Origin: Planctomycetota bacterium
GTDB lineage: Bacteria > Planctomycetota > UBA8108 > UBA1146
Assembly (NCBI GenBank): GCA_016776905.1
Contig: JADHSM010000011.1
Location: forward strand, 41,442 to 105,441
Direction: 5' to 3'
Length of the DNA: 64,000 nucleotides
This document shows positions 1-9,907 of the stretch, one piece after another (position 1 is the stretch's first letter; the number at the start of each line of letters is the position of its first letter). The notes beneath the pieces were generated by a model. It was not told the origin of the DNA, did not search any database, and saw nothing but the letters and a program-made list of their open reading frames with translations. A program made the position numbers and the translations under genes.

Positions 1-571
1 CTTCATAGCGGGTTTCGAAGATATTTTTCTGAGCATTGAAGTTTTTCACCACTCCCGTGGAGTGACATTCGGCGCACATATGATTCCAGTTATTCAGAGA
101 CCCGGTCCAATGAAGGGGATCGCCTGGCGGAGTTTCTTCACCTGGGAACAAAGAGTACCAACCCTTTTTTCGTTCACCGGTGCCTGTGGACCAAGCCACA
201 GGGTACGACTGTAATCTTCCGTTCGGTTGCTCGATCAAGATTTGTTGACAGGGTTCAATACCGAAGAAATATTTCACCGGTAATGTCTTTTGACCAGATC
301 GATCGGTGACTTCTACCTGAGGAGATCCGTTTTCAAAGAAAAATCGGGAAAGAACTCCTCCTGCATTCACAGTGGCACCATCGAACTTTGCAGTGGCGAG
401 TTTTTCTCCAGGTTGAAGCATGGCAGAGGCGTGATGAGAAGTAGCCCAAAGCCGGTGCTCTCCGCTATGACATTCGATACAACGCTGACGACCGACATAG
501 TCAGAGGATGCTGACTCTGTAGAGAGTGGGATCAGGCTGAGAATCAGGGTGATGGAGATACTGGAAACCAT
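1..571 (-). CDS. multihaem c-type cytochrome, N-terminal part (gene continues beyond the left edge)
   Basis: Absent from the ORF track because it is truncated. Own translation of the minus strand from the ATG at 569-571 gives MVSSISITLILSLIPLSTESASSDYVGRQRCIECHSGEHRLWATSHHASAM...HWTGSLNNWNHMCAECHSTGVVKNF. It has a signal peptide and two CXXCH haem motifs, laid out like the cytochrome c554/multihaem family. Confidence 0.75.
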   Translation of the reverse strand, partial: MVSSISITLILSLIPLSTESASSDYVGRQRCIECHSGEHRLWATSHHASAMLQPGEKLATAKFDGATVNAGGVLSRFFFENGSPQVEVTDRSGQKTLPVKYFFGIEPCQQILIEQPNGRLQSYPVAWSTGTGERKKGWYSLFPGEETPPGDPLHWTGSLNNWNHMCAECHSTGVVKNFNAQKNIFETRYE

Positions 572-781
572 AGTGGCGAGAATAACGGACTCTCGTGGCC
601 ACGGGTGTGTTTTTCTTCGGCAAAGAGTTTGGAAATTGTTCTGAAAAAGGCCGTAATACCGACAATCACTCCCTGTCTTCGGGGAGGGCATGGGTTAAAA
701 ATGGTACCTGAGAGTGGGGAATCAGGAATGAGATTCTGATGCCATGCCCCCATCTCATCACTTCTAGAACTTCCAAAGGAT

Positions 782-1978
782 GTGAAGACCTTGAACCGAA
801 TTGATACGCTCCTCAAGCCTCTCGTTGACGAAGAGAGATTCTCTCTCTTTGAGAGCATCGCTCGTTTTGCCGAAGATGAGATTGCTCCGAACCTACTGGG
901 CTGGGAAAGATCCAAATCTTTGGTTCCAGATGGTGTCATTTCAAAAATGGGAGATATGGGCCTGTTTGGTTTGCCGATACCAGATGAGTATGGGGGCCAA
1001 GACGGTCAAATGATCGATTTGATTTTGGCCGGTCTATCACTTTCATATTGGAGTCCCTCGGTCGCCATCACACCCGGTGCAGCAGTCTCCTTGGGCATCA
1101 ATCCGCTCCTTAGGTTTGGCACTGATCAACAAAAGAAGGATCACTTGCCTGATCTCGCGGCGGGGCGTCGAATGTTTGCGTTTGGTTTATCCGAACCCGG
1201 AAGAGGTTCAGACGCTGCCAATCCGCAGGTGGTTGCAGAAAAAGTTGAAGGTGGATATGTCCTGAGAGGCGAGAAGTGTTGGACCACCAATGCTGCCTGG
1301 GCGAGTCATATCGTTGTTCATGCGTTGACAGATCCCAGCGGTCGTAACGGACATCGAAGTACTTGTTTCATTGTTCCCAGAGATCGAGAAGGTGTTGCCT
1401 ATCAGGAAATGGAAGGCAAAACAGTCTGGCCTCTTTCCTCGACCGGTTCGGTCGCCTTTGACTCCGTGAAGGTGAGCGAGGATGAAATTCTCGGTGATAT
1501 TCATGGGGGTTTTCGTGTGATGGTGACAACCCTGAACGGCGGTCGCTTATTTGTGGCAGCCGTTGCCTTGGGGTCTTTGGCATTTGCTCTCGATAAAACG
1601 AGGGGATACGTGCAAGAGCGTGAGCAATTTGGCGGCGCCATTGGACGTTTCCAAAGAGTTCAAGATGTTGTTCTTGAGATGGATTTGGCGTTGGAGCGAA
1701 ATCTGAGTTGGCTTATACAGCTGGTCCATGCATATGACAAAGGAACTATGGATCGTGAGCAGGCCGCCAAAGTAAAAATCGACTGCAGTCGAGTAGCGTC
1801 GACGCTTGTTCAGGATGCGATGGAGATTTGCGGGGGGGTTGCTTGTCTCGATGAGTTTGGGCTGGCAAGGCATGCGGCGGACTTGTTTGTGACTCGGGTG
1901 GGAGAGGGATCCAATCGAGCGCTCATGAGTCAGATTTCCCGTTCATTACTGCCGGATATTGCTGACGAGTTACAATAA
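782..1978 (+). CDS. acyl-CoA dehydrogenase family protein
   Basis: 398-aa ORF with a GTG start. The N-terminal helical domain (FAEDEIAPN), middle beta domain (GLSEPGRGSDAA, KCWTTNA) and C-terminal helical domain (REQFG..I..FQ) are typical of ACAD enzymes. Confidence 0.9.
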   Translation: MKTLNRIDTLLKPLVDEERFSLFESIARFAEDEIAPNLLGWERSKSLVPDGVISKMGDMGLFGLPIPDEYGGQDGQMIDLILAGLSLSYWSPSVAITPGAAVSLGINPLLRFGTDQQKKDHLPDLAAGRRMFAFGLSEPGRGSDAANPQVVAEKVEGGYVLRGEKCWTTNAAWASHIVVHALTDPSGRNGHRSTCFIVPRDREGVAYQEMEGKTVWPLSSTGSVAFDSVKVSEDEILGDIHGGFRVMVTTLNGGRLFVAAVALGSLAFALDKTRGYVQEREQFGGAIGRFQRVQDVVLEMDLALERNLSWLIQLVHAYDKGTMDREQAAKVKIDCSRVASTLVQDAMEICGGVACLDEFGLARHAADLFVTRVGEGSNRALMSQISRSLLPDIADELQ

Positions 1979-2000
1979 TCCGGCATCCCGATCGTGCTGA

Positions 2001-3236
2001 TTATGAGGGCATGGGATAGAAGTATTGGGTGTAGGGCGTATCCGCCTTGCTCTGTAATTCTAGGTTTTGAATCAAGAGTGACGGGCAAATGGTGGAAACC
2101 GGAATCATGCCGCTCTCTGCACCACACCATGCATTATCAGCGACCGAATCGTCACCTGCTGCGATGATTCCATTGATAGAGTTCAGGGGAGTCCCGACAA
2201 AGTTGACTCCACGAATCAACTCTTCACGCCCATCCGGGAAAACTTTAGCCGCAAGATTGATCTCGCCCAAGAATGCCTGGAAATCATATGCATCAGTGGA
2301 GGTTTCTCCGGAAGAGGCATTTAGGATTCTGATTCCATAAGGAACACCTTGCCGTTTGATTTCATCGATAAGTTGCTGTTTCAGTTTTAATGGATCCGAT
2401 TTCTCATGGGCGTGGAGGCGAGTCACACCCATGCGACTGATGGCTCGTTCGTGATGATTGGAACGGGCATGGCCATTGGAGCGATGTCGCTTATTGACCG
2501 GAACTCTCCCGGTGAGATACCCACTCAGTTTGCCAGATTCGATCAGTGAAGCATTATCTGAAGGGGACCCTTCGTCATCGTAGCGATAGTGACCGATCAG
2601 GCTTTGTGAAGAATCGTCATTCAGTGACAGATGAGATTCCCTAGGGTCATCCGAGAGCGATAGGAAATCTGGAAGTACCTTTTTGCCCAACGAATCCGCA
2701 AATGTACGGGCCTCTCCTCCTGACCGGAGTCGATTTCCTTCGAGACGATGTCCCATGGCCTCGTGAATCAGTAGTCCTGCGGGAATAGGATCGAGAAGTA
2801 CAGGTCCTGAGAATGAGTGCACTCGTTCAGCATTTGAAATTCGGTCGAGTAGTTTGGCTGCAGCACGAATCTCTTTTCGGAACTCCGCAAGTGAAGGAAG
2901 TTCAGCAGGATCACTGACGAAGTGACTGATAGTCCATGGGATCCCATCACCTTTGTCACTGAGAAGCCAAAGGTAAGCTTCTAGTTGCCAATAAGGTTGG
3001 GTCTCCGTGATCATTGAGCCTTCCGAATTGACGAACAGTCGCGTTTGATGTTTGACCTGAAGAGAAACATGACTGTTTTTAATGGAGGCGAACTTTTGGG
3101 TGGCTCCACTCGCTTTTTCTACAAACGTTGTCCAGTAGTCTTTATCGAGAGGCGGTAAAGGTCGAACATTGAGATCGGTGACAGCAGGCTTTTTTTCCCA
3201 GTCACCCAGATGCGGATGAAGGTCTAGGTACGTCAA
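2001..3236 (-). CDS. TldD/PmbA family metallopeptidase; the reading frame stays open upstream to 3692, so the true start is probably further 5'
   Basis: 411-aa track ORF starting at TTG, with the HEAMGHRLEG metal motif and a C-terminal TldD/PmbA fold signature (GMIPVSTICPSLL). The same frame has no stop up to the TAG at 3693-3695 and encodes protein-like sequence there (see findings). Confidence 0.8.
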   Translation of the reverse strand: MTYLDLHPHLGDWEKKPAVTDLNVRPLPPLDKDYWTTFVEKASGATQKFASIKNSHVSLQVKHQTRLFVNSEGSMITETQPYWQLEAYLWLLSDKGDGIPWTISHFVSDPAELPSLAEFRKEIRAAAKLLDRISNAERVHSFSGPVLLDPIPAGLLIHEAMGHRLEGNRLRSGGEARTFADSLGKKVLPDFLSLSDDPRESHLSLNDDSSQSLIGHYRYDDEGSPSDNASLIESGKLSGYLTGRVPVNKRHRSNGHARSNHHERAISRMGVTRLHAHEKSDPLKLKQQLIDEIKRQGVPYGIRILNASSGETSTDAYDFQAFLGEINLAAKVFPDGREELIRGVNFVGTPLNSINGIIAAGDDSVADNAWCGAESGMIPVSTICPSLLIQNLELQSKADTPYTQYFYPMPS

Positions 3237-3633
3237 CTCATGGGCTTTTCTATGGAAATAAGCCTCTTCCGCTTCTCGATATTTAGCGTCCGTAAGTCTC
3301 CATAAACCGATCTGGAGAGCTTCTTTTCGATCCGTGATAGGAAGATTGAGGTACGAATAGGATTCCTCGTCTTTAGAACTCTCCTCAAGACCGCCTTCAT
3401 TGATTTGGTCACGTTTGTAACTTCCGACGTGAGCATCTGTGAGGCAGTTTCTTCGGGTGTAGTGGTCACATTTGTAGAGAGAGCCAAATCGAGCCTCTAC
3501 TTCGAAGTACTCTTGATCTCTGATGAGGTACGAGAGATAGAAAAGTTTAGGGAGCCCGGGTTTGCGGAGTTTTTCAACAGCGCGATGGCACTCTCGGGAA
3601 GCAGTCTTGATCAGTTTGCGAGCTACTGAGTTA

Positions 3634-4179
3634 TTAATCGTTGATCTCCAAAAGGCTAAAGACTTCGCAATCCGGAATCTTGTTTCTTCCCTCTAGGAAA
3701 GAGAGTTCGAGAAGGAAGCAGGTACCGATGACGACACCTCCCATTTTTTCGACGAGTTCTTGGCAAGCGGAGATTGTTCCACCAGTTGCGAGTACGTCAT
3801 CTACGAGAAGTACTTTTTGGCCGGGTTGAATGGCATTGGATCTCATTTCGATCTTGTCGGTGCCATATTCCAGTTCGTATTCGACAGAGACAGTTTCGCC
3901 AGGCAATTTCCCAGGCTTTCGAATCGGAATGAAACCAATATCAAGAGACTGAGCTAAGGGCACTCCAAATATAAAGCCGCGCGATTCAGGAGCTGCGATC
4001 AGGTCGGCTCCCAAAGCCAGAACCTGCGATTCCATGAGATCGATTGTTTCCCCAAATGTTTTTGGGCAAGCCAATAAGGGCGTGATGTCCTTGAACTGAA
4101 TACCCGGCTTGGGGAAATCCGCTACGGTGTGGATCAATTGATCGATGCGATCCAACGCTTCTGTGTTTTGTTCAGTCAT
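3634..4179 (-). CDS. apt: adenine phosphoribosyltransferase
   Basis: Carries DFPKPGIQFKDITPLL, ESRGFIFG, RKPGKLP and the PRPP loop VLLVDDVLATGGT. I place the start at the ATG at 4177-4179 (MTEQNTE...), which gives the same N-terminal length as E. coli Apt. The track start at 4200 lies inside a terminator stem. Confidence 0.9.
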   Translation of the reverse strand: MTEQNTEALDRIDQLIHTVADFPKPGIQFKDITPLLACPKTFGETIDLMESQVLALGADLIAAPESRGFIFGVPLAQSLDIGFIPIRKPGKLPGETVSVEYELEYGTDKIEMRSNAIQPGQKVLLVDDVLATGGTISACQELVEKMGGVVIGTCFLLELSFLEGRNKIPDCEVFSLLEIND

Positions 4180-4237
4180 AAAAAAACTCCCGTCCAGCAT
4201 GAGTCGTCGCTTAAAGAACGACAGTGCTGGACGGGAG
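4180..4237 (-). terminator. rho-independent terminator after the sigma factor gene, abutting the apt start codon
   Basis: On the minus strand a 13-bp perfect stem CUCCCGUCCAGCA...UGCUGGACGGGAG (4237-4225 pairing with 4199-4187) contains an inner 5-bp helix. It is followed by U7 (4186-4180) and then directly by the AUG. Confidence 0.65.
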
Positions 4238-4274
4238 TTTATCCCATGGGGGATTTGGGGGGAAGGAACCGGCG

Positions 4275-5222
4275 TTAGTTTACTGTTTCTTCCAGTTTTC
4301 CTAAGTATTGCTCGTCGTAAATCTCGGGCTTTTCGATCAAACCCTCTGCGACGAGTTCTTGCAGTCGCGCCAAGGCGTCATTCTCGATTTGACGGACTCG
4401 CTCACGTGAGAGCTTAATACGCTGGCCGATTTCTTTCAGAGTCATCGGTTCGCCATTATCAAGTCCATAACGCATGCGGACGATCTTTCTTTCGCGTTCA
4501 TCGAGGTGCCCTAGAAGATCCTTGATCATATTGACCTGAATCTTTTTCTCCAAGGAAGTATGAGGCTGAGTCTGGGAGGGATCTTCGATGACGTCGGAAA
4601 TGGTCCATGAGTTTTCAATGGAGATGGTCTGGTTTGCCGAATCTGCTACATGGAGTGCATTTTGAATGATCTCTGTTTTTTCGAGTGGGATTTCCATACG
4701 TTCCGCAATCTCATGGAACATGGGAGGTCGACCCAACTCGATAGAGAGATCTGCAGCAGCTCTCTTCCACTTGGTGATGGTTTCCACCATGTAAGAAGGA
4801 ATACGAACAGACTTGACGGTATCGATGAGGGCTCTCTTGATCGATTGCTTGATCCACCAGGTTCCGTAAGTACTGAATCTACATTCGGCAGCAGGGTCGA
4901 ATCTTTCGACAGCTTTCAGCAGACCAAGGTTACCTTCTTCGATGAGATCGAGGAGAGGAAGTCCACGTTCGACGTAGTGCTTGGCGATACTGACCACAAG
5001 TCTGAGATTTGAACGGACCATTTTGTCCCGTGCTTCAAGGTCGCCCTTACGCACCTCTATGGCAAGTTCACGTTCGCTTTCTGCGGTGAGCAGTGAGTAG
5101 CGGTTAATATCATTGAAATAAGCCTCGAGGCCAACTTCGCGTGCATTCATCATCTTTAGTGCCTTCCGCAGTTTCTGAGTCATTGTTATCGGGGAGGATC
5201 GCGTCATATCGATCACTCCCAC
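4275..5222 (-). CDS. RNA polymerase sigma factor, sigma-70 family (RpoD/RpoS-like, regions 1.2 to 4.2)
   Basis: Region 2 is present as NLRLVVSIAKHY..RGLPLLDLIEEGNLGLLKAVERFD and FSTYGTWWIKQSIKRAL. Region 4.2 is present as MTLKEIGQRIKLSRERVRQIENDAL. Confidence 0.9.
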   Translation of the reverse strand: MGVIDMTRSSPITMTQKLRKALKMMNAREVGLEAYFNDINRYSLLTAESERELAIEVRKGDLEARDKMVRSNLRLVVSIAKHYVERGLPLLDLIEEGNLGLLKAVERFDPAAECRFSTYGTWWIKQSIKRALIDTVKSVRIPSYMVETITKWKRAAADLSIELGRPPMFHEIAERMEIPLEKTEIIQNALHVADSANQTISIENSWTISDVIEDPSQTQPHTSLEKKIQVNMIKDLLGHLDERERKIVRMRYGLDNGEPMTLKEIGQRIKLSRERVRQIENDALARLQELVAEGLIEKPEIYDEQYLGKLEETVN

Positions 5223-5229
5223 GAAAGAC

Positions 5230-8079
5230 TCATCGGTCGCGGAGGGGGGCAGACTTTAGACCGGGTTTGAAATCTTCTGAATTTTCGTCCCACCAGACTC
5301 TCCAGAGGCCGCCAACGTCCTCCTGGACCTTGTATCGCTCGTTCATGTCAGTGATGGAATAAGTGTTCCACCAGCCCAAATCGAGCCCTGTAAGGCGTCT
5401 GAGCATAGGAATAGACGAATTGCGGTTGTTTCGATGATCCGTTCGCATGATCAAGGCCCCCAGTAGGCGATGCTCGGGGATTATTTCCTGATTTGGATTT
5501 TCGATCAGGAAAGATTCCAAATATCTGAGCAACATCGGCATTTGCGACTCGATGGATTTCACCCGCTGCCCTTCGGGAGCCTCTAACCAGCCTAAGACCG
5601 ATTCGAGAGTTTCGGGGTCACCCACCTTCATCAGGTCCTCAAGGGCTTTTTGGGAATCCCTACTCAATCGGCTTCTGCTACTCAGTACTGTTTTTCTGAG
5701 AAGAGGGCGACCTCGATTATCACCTAAGGAGAGGAGCGCTCTCGCAAGAGACACCGTCTGCTTTTGCTCCCAGAGTTCGCCCAGTCTAGGGCGTGCTCGT
5801 TCCAGCCGAAGAGTCGAGATGATGTCTGTCGTCATATACATGTCTGTAGAGGAATCCGGATCGAGTGCAGAGATCAGGTAATCTTCGACATCCTCCCAGG
5901 CCACATCGTTCTTTTGAATGAGACCATCTTCGGGAGGTTCTGTTTCGGAAACGATGAGAAGAGTCTGGAACAGTACTGAAGATCGAACCATCGCGCTTTC
6001 TGCTCCGAGTCGGGCAGAACTGAATCGGTAGGTCCAGTTTCGCCAGCGAGTTCTCCAACGAGTGAGTGTGGGGCGATCTATCATCAGAAGCATGGAGCCT
6101 GAAAATCGAATAGAACCGCCGGCAGAGTTTTCTAGATATATGGATGCATCATGGCCGTCGTCTCCCAGAGCGTGATAGCGCACATCCGTTGGAATGGTCA
6201 ATCGCTGAAGGCCAAGAACTTTGATATCGGAGCCAGCGACGCGAACGTCTGCCATCGTCAATTGGATCCAGCGAGGAGCTTCTTCAGTCTCTGCGATTTC
6301 TTCGACAGGAGAAGCCATACGCTCTTTCCACTGCTTTGAGCGCATCTCCCAGTAATCTTCTTTACGGGTATTGTTCGTTTTACGAGGCATCGTACCAAGT
6401 TGCCGAGTCAGGATCTGATCGACGACTGATCTTTGGCTGCCGTTGTAGTCGAGAAGTCCGTTGACCAAAAGAGTCACAAACATCATTCGGTACTTCTCTG
6501 GTACATTTTGATATTCACTGAGCTTGCGTGCAGAATTGCGGACCCGAAGCGAAATAGTGGTATCGGTACTTTTAAGGCCTCTGTCTATTTCATTGATAAG
6601 CGCGGACCAATGCTCGTCGCTGATGGACTTTAAGCGATCTTGTTCAAGAATTACTCCCAATGCCGATTCTGCATATTGAGTCGCCATCAGTTCGATGGTG
6701 GGTTGAATCCAGTCACCTTCAAGAATCGTATCTCGATTGCTTAAGTAAGCCATCGTCGCGAAAAAGAGAGGTATTCTTCCCGTCGATTGGGAAAGATCTT
6801 CGCCTAAGATTTCATCCCACTCATTCGCCAAGGCTGAGTTCAAACGGTCCAAGGGTAAAGAATGGGAGAGACTGCTCCAGAGAGAAGCCATGTGAGAGTT
6901 AGACCATCTCAGGGCTGCAAGGCTCTCCGGTCTGAGAAGAGCACGAAGAATTTTAAGAGTAGTTTCAGTTTCAAAAGAGTTGTTTTTGATTTTTCTATCG
7001 AGGCAATTCCAGATCAGGTGTTGAGACCATGTCGACAGATCTGCACAGTGCCTTGAAAAGAGGTCTACGGAACCGGTTAGATTTTCCTCGAGAGCAAAGG
7101 GAATCAATCGGTCAATTCGGATGGACGAAAGAGAGAGTTCTCCAGAGAGGTGTTTCTCAATTCGAGATTCAATCTGTCTTCGCGCTCCTTCGGCATTCTG
7201 AATCAGTTGAGCGACACGCCACGCGTCTCCTAATTCGTCCTCTGAATCAGGCTGCACGAGTGGCCAGTCTTTCACTGCACGCCATTGGCTAGCGAGAAGA
7301 ACGGTCTCGGGTTTCGGCTGATGATTCAGGTCAGAGTGGATGGCCGTCTTAATTCTTTCAAGAGTTGAGGCTTCGCTGTCCTGCGAAGTGGATTCATTTG
7401 GAGTTTCAGCCGCCATGTTTTCATTGAGAAGTATAGCCCAGGTCGAAACATCGTTTTGTGTGATTGTTTTTCCAGAAGCCGATTCCGAAACAACTCGATC
7501 TTCAGTCAAGACGACATAGGGAATCCCTGGGACGACAGTAAAGGGAGGTGGTCCCGTCATACTAGAAGAGCTGGTCCCATGAAAAAGAATCTCAACCAGG
7601 TAGGGTGGTGAAGATCCACGAAGGGTGATTTGGAATCTTCGTTCTTCGGTGCCTGTTTGAATTGTGCTCATTTGAATTCCGCCGGAGCGAAATGCCAAAC
7701 TCTTTGTTTTCGCGGAACTGAACGGCGCCGTTATTTTTGAAGAGACGGGCTTTCCTAATCGAAGCACATCTATTGTCAAAATATTTGGTGAGAGAATTGA
7801 TAGAAGTTCTCGCACTCTTTCCCGGACTTCAGGATCGGGATCGTTCAAACAAGACCGTAGTGGAGCCACAGCGGCGGATCCGGCTTCCAAGATTTCATGA
7901 GTGGCTTCATCACGAACTATCCAGTCATCAGATCCCAAATCTTGGACCAGTTTCAAAAGGTCATCTGAGATCACTGGTGAATTGGGAATTGGCGAAGAAT
8001 TCACAAATTGAGATTCAGTGCCTTCAATTGATGAGAAGAGGCTCAGGGATAAATAGAGGAAGAGGGAATAAGGTGTCAT
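5230..8079 (-). CDS. large secreted protein of unknown function with N-terminal HEAT-like repeats
   Basis: 949-aa ORF with the signal peptide MTPYSLFLYLSLSLFSSIEG. HEAT/PBS-lyase-like repeats include DDWIVRDEATHEILEAGSAAVAPLRSCLNDPDPEVRERVRELL. The ORF ends 8 nt before the sigma factor gene. Confidence 0.7.
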   Translation of the reverse strand: MTPYSLFLYLSLSLFSSIEGTESQFVNSSPIPNSPVISDDLLKLVQDLGSDDWIVRDEATHEILEAGSAAVAPLRSCLNDPDPEVRERVRELLSILSPNILTIDVLRLGKPVSSKITAPFSSAKTKSLAFRSGGIQMSTIQTGTEERRFQITLRGSSPPYLVEILFHGTSSSSMTGPPPFTVVPGIPYVVLTEDRVVSESASGKTITQNDVSTWAILLNENMAAETPNESTSQDSEASTLERIKTAIHSDLNHQPKPETVLLASQWRAVKDWPLVQPDSEDELGDAWRVAQLIQNAEGARRQIESRIEKHLSGELSLSSIRIDRLIPFALEENLTGSVDLFSRHCADLSTWSQHLIWNCLDRKIKNNSFETETTLKILRALLRPESLAALRWSNSHMASLWSSLSHSLPLDRLNSALANEWDEILGEDLSQSTGRIPLFFATMAYLSNRDTILEGDWIQPTIELMATQYAESALGVILEQDRLKSISDEHWSALINEIDRGLKSTDTTISLRVRNSARKLSEYQNVPEKYRMMFVTLLVNGLLDYNGSQRSVVDQILTRQLGTMPRKTNNTRKEDYWEMRSKQWKERMASPVEEIAETEEAPRWIQLTMADVRVAGSDIKVLGLQRLTIPTDVRYHALGDDGHDASIYLENSAGGSIRFSGSMLLMIDRPTLTRWRTRWRNWTYRFSSARLGAESAMVRSSVLFQTLLIVSETEPPEDGLIQKNDVAWEDVEDYLISALDPDSSTDMYMTTDIISTLRLERARPRLGELWEQKQTVSLARALLSLGDNRGRPLLRKTVLSSRSRLSRDSQKALEDLMKVGDPETLESVLGWLEAPEGQRVKSIESQMPMLLRYLESFLIENPNQEIIPEHRLLGALIMRTDHRNNRNSSIPMLRRLTGLDLGWWNTYSITDMNERYKVQEDVGGLWRVWWDENSEDFKPGLKSAPLRDR

Positions 8080-8304
8080 TTCCCAGGATTCCCTTTGTTT
8101 GTGTGCAGATTCCCCATCGGTCCACTCTTCTCTTCTTCTGACTTCTCAAAAAACCCTTAAGTTCATGCCGAGTTCAGTTCGATAACACCTATTGGAGAAG
8201 AAAACTACGGCATAAGGCTCGTGTTCTCACTCCTTAAGAAGAATACACCATGAATTCCTCTCGCGCAGAAATGTAGCGGGGATCCCATAACGAGGAGGCC
8301 TGAG

Positions 8305-9903
8305 TTGGCTCTCATGAATGAAACGACCAAAGGATTCGGTTTATTGGGCATCCAGGCCCGGGGTGACACCGGAGAGGGCAGGACTGTTCAAATTGAGGAA
8401 TCGATCCAACAATTTCTTGAGACTGTGTCTTCAGACTTTTCGGTAAATTTTCCCGCGCTGTATTTGGTAATAGATAACCCGTCTAGCAGTGAGCCTTCGA
8501 TAGAAATCCTTGGGAGCATTAAGGAGTCAGGCCACTCGCCTTTGATAGAGAAGAACGAGATTTTGAAAGCGATCGAGGGCGAAAAGCTTCCCTTGATTAA
8601 GCAGTTCTCCTCAAGTTCAGATTCGAAAGTGTTTGTTCACGGAATCAAGTTTGGTGGCGATGGGTCGCTCTTGTTTTGTTGCGAAGCATTGGGAGACTCA
8701 GAGAAAGATTCTTTAGGGTTACAGGAGTTGTTCGAAAAGAAATCAGGAACCCTTTTAGATCGCTTATTGATTCTTCAGCAGGAGTTTCTGATCGAAAGTT
8801 TGAAAGCTAAGCTTGAGACCGCTGAAGAGGTGTTATTCGAATCGAACATCGAAATCGAGGATGCTCTTGATTCGCAATCCCCATCAGAAGTTGATTCACG
8901 GCAGGAAAACATCGCTGGAATAACGACTTCTTCACCAGTCATGAAGCGACTATTGCAGCAAATGATCCGAGTGAGTTCTTCTCATCTGAACATATTGCTC
9001 AAAGGCGAAACTGGTACAGGTAAAGCTTTTCTTGCACGAGCATTCCATGAGAGCTCACCACAGTCAGGTCAACCGTTTGAAACTTTGGGTTGTGGATCTT
9101 TATCTACAACCTTGGCAGAGGGTGAACTCTTTGGCTGGAAAAAAGGTGCCTTCAGCGGCGCTGAAGAAGATCGCGCTGGAATCTTCGAACGCTCCAGCGG
9201 TGGAACAGTGTTTTTGGATGAAGTTGGCGAGTTACCGCTAGAGATTCAAAAGAAGCTTCTCAGAGTACTTCAAGAAGGAGTTGTGAGACCTGTCGGGGGA
9301 ACTGAGTTGGTTCCTGTTGACTGTAGAATCATTGCCTCCACTTGTGAAGATTTGCCGACGACGGTTCTCAAGGGCTCTTTCCGAGAAGATCTCTTCTATC
9401 GACTTTCTGGATTTAATTTAGAAATTCCGCCCCTGCGTGAACGTAAAGAAGACGTTTCGTTGTTGGTCGCAAGCTTCCTGGCAGAGCTTGAAGAAGAACA
9501 TGGTTTCTCAAAGAGGTTCTCCAATAGTGCATGGGAGGAACTGAATTCCTGCACATGGCCTGGGAACATTCAGCAACTGAAGAATGTTGTTCAACAGACG
9601 TATCTCACATGTGAGCGTCGAATGATTCCTAGGAAGAAAGTTCTCGAAGTGTTTGAGTCTGCTCAAGCAGACAAACTCTTAGGAGACAATTTCGAGGATA
9701 ATTCAGGTGAGTTGGTGATGAGAGTTCCTCGTGCAGAGGGTTTTAATGAAATCGTATCTGAGGTGGAGAGGCTTGTCATTTTGACGGCCATGAAGCAACA
9801 CCGTGGAAACAAGTCAAGGGTGACAAAGCAGCTGAAGATTCCGAGGCAGACTCTCTATAACAAGATCGAGCGATTTAAGATTATTGAAGCGGAATATCAG
9901 TAA
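8305..9903 (+). CDS. sigma-54-dependent transcriptional activator (enhancer-binding protein)
   Basis: AAA+ core with Walker A GETGTGKAF, sigma-54 contact loop GAFSGA and Walker B VFLDEVGEL, followed by a C-terminal Fis-type HTH (RVTKQLKIPRQTLYNKI). An SD sequence GAGGAGG lies 5 nt before the TTG start. The N-terminal sensor region is not recognisable. Confidence 0.9.
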   Translation: MALMNETTKGFGLLGIQARGDTGEGRTVQIEESIQQFLETVSSDFSVNFPALYLVIDNPSSSEPSIEILGSIKESGHSPLIEKNEILKAIEGEKLPLIKQFSSSSDSKVFVHGIKFGGDGSLLFCCEALGDSEKDSLGLQELFEKKSGTLLDRLLILQQEFLIESLKAKLETAEEVLFESNIEIEDALDSQSPSEVDSRQENIAGITTSSPVMKRLLQQMIRVSSSHLNILLKGETGTGKAFLARAFHESSPQSGQPFETLGCGSLSTTLAEGELFGWKKGAFSGAEEDRAGIFERSSGGTVFLDEVGELPLEIQKKLLRVLQEGVVRPVGGTELVPVDCRIIASTCEDLPTTVLKGSFREDLFYRLSGFNLEIPPLRERKEDVSLLVASFLAELEEEHGFSKRFSNSAWEELNSCTWPGNIQQLKNVVQQTYLTCERRMIPRKKVLEVFESAQADKLLGDNFEDNSGELVMRVPRAEGFNEIVSEVERLVILTAMKQHRGNKSRVTKQLKIPRQTLYNKIERFKIIEAEYQ

Positions 9904-9907
9904 GCGA

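Noticed and set aside
3233-3487. 84-aa minus-strand ORF upstream of the TldD-like gene
   Set aside because: It lies in a different frame over the region where the TldD frame itself is open and protein-like. Its sequence has no recognisable features.
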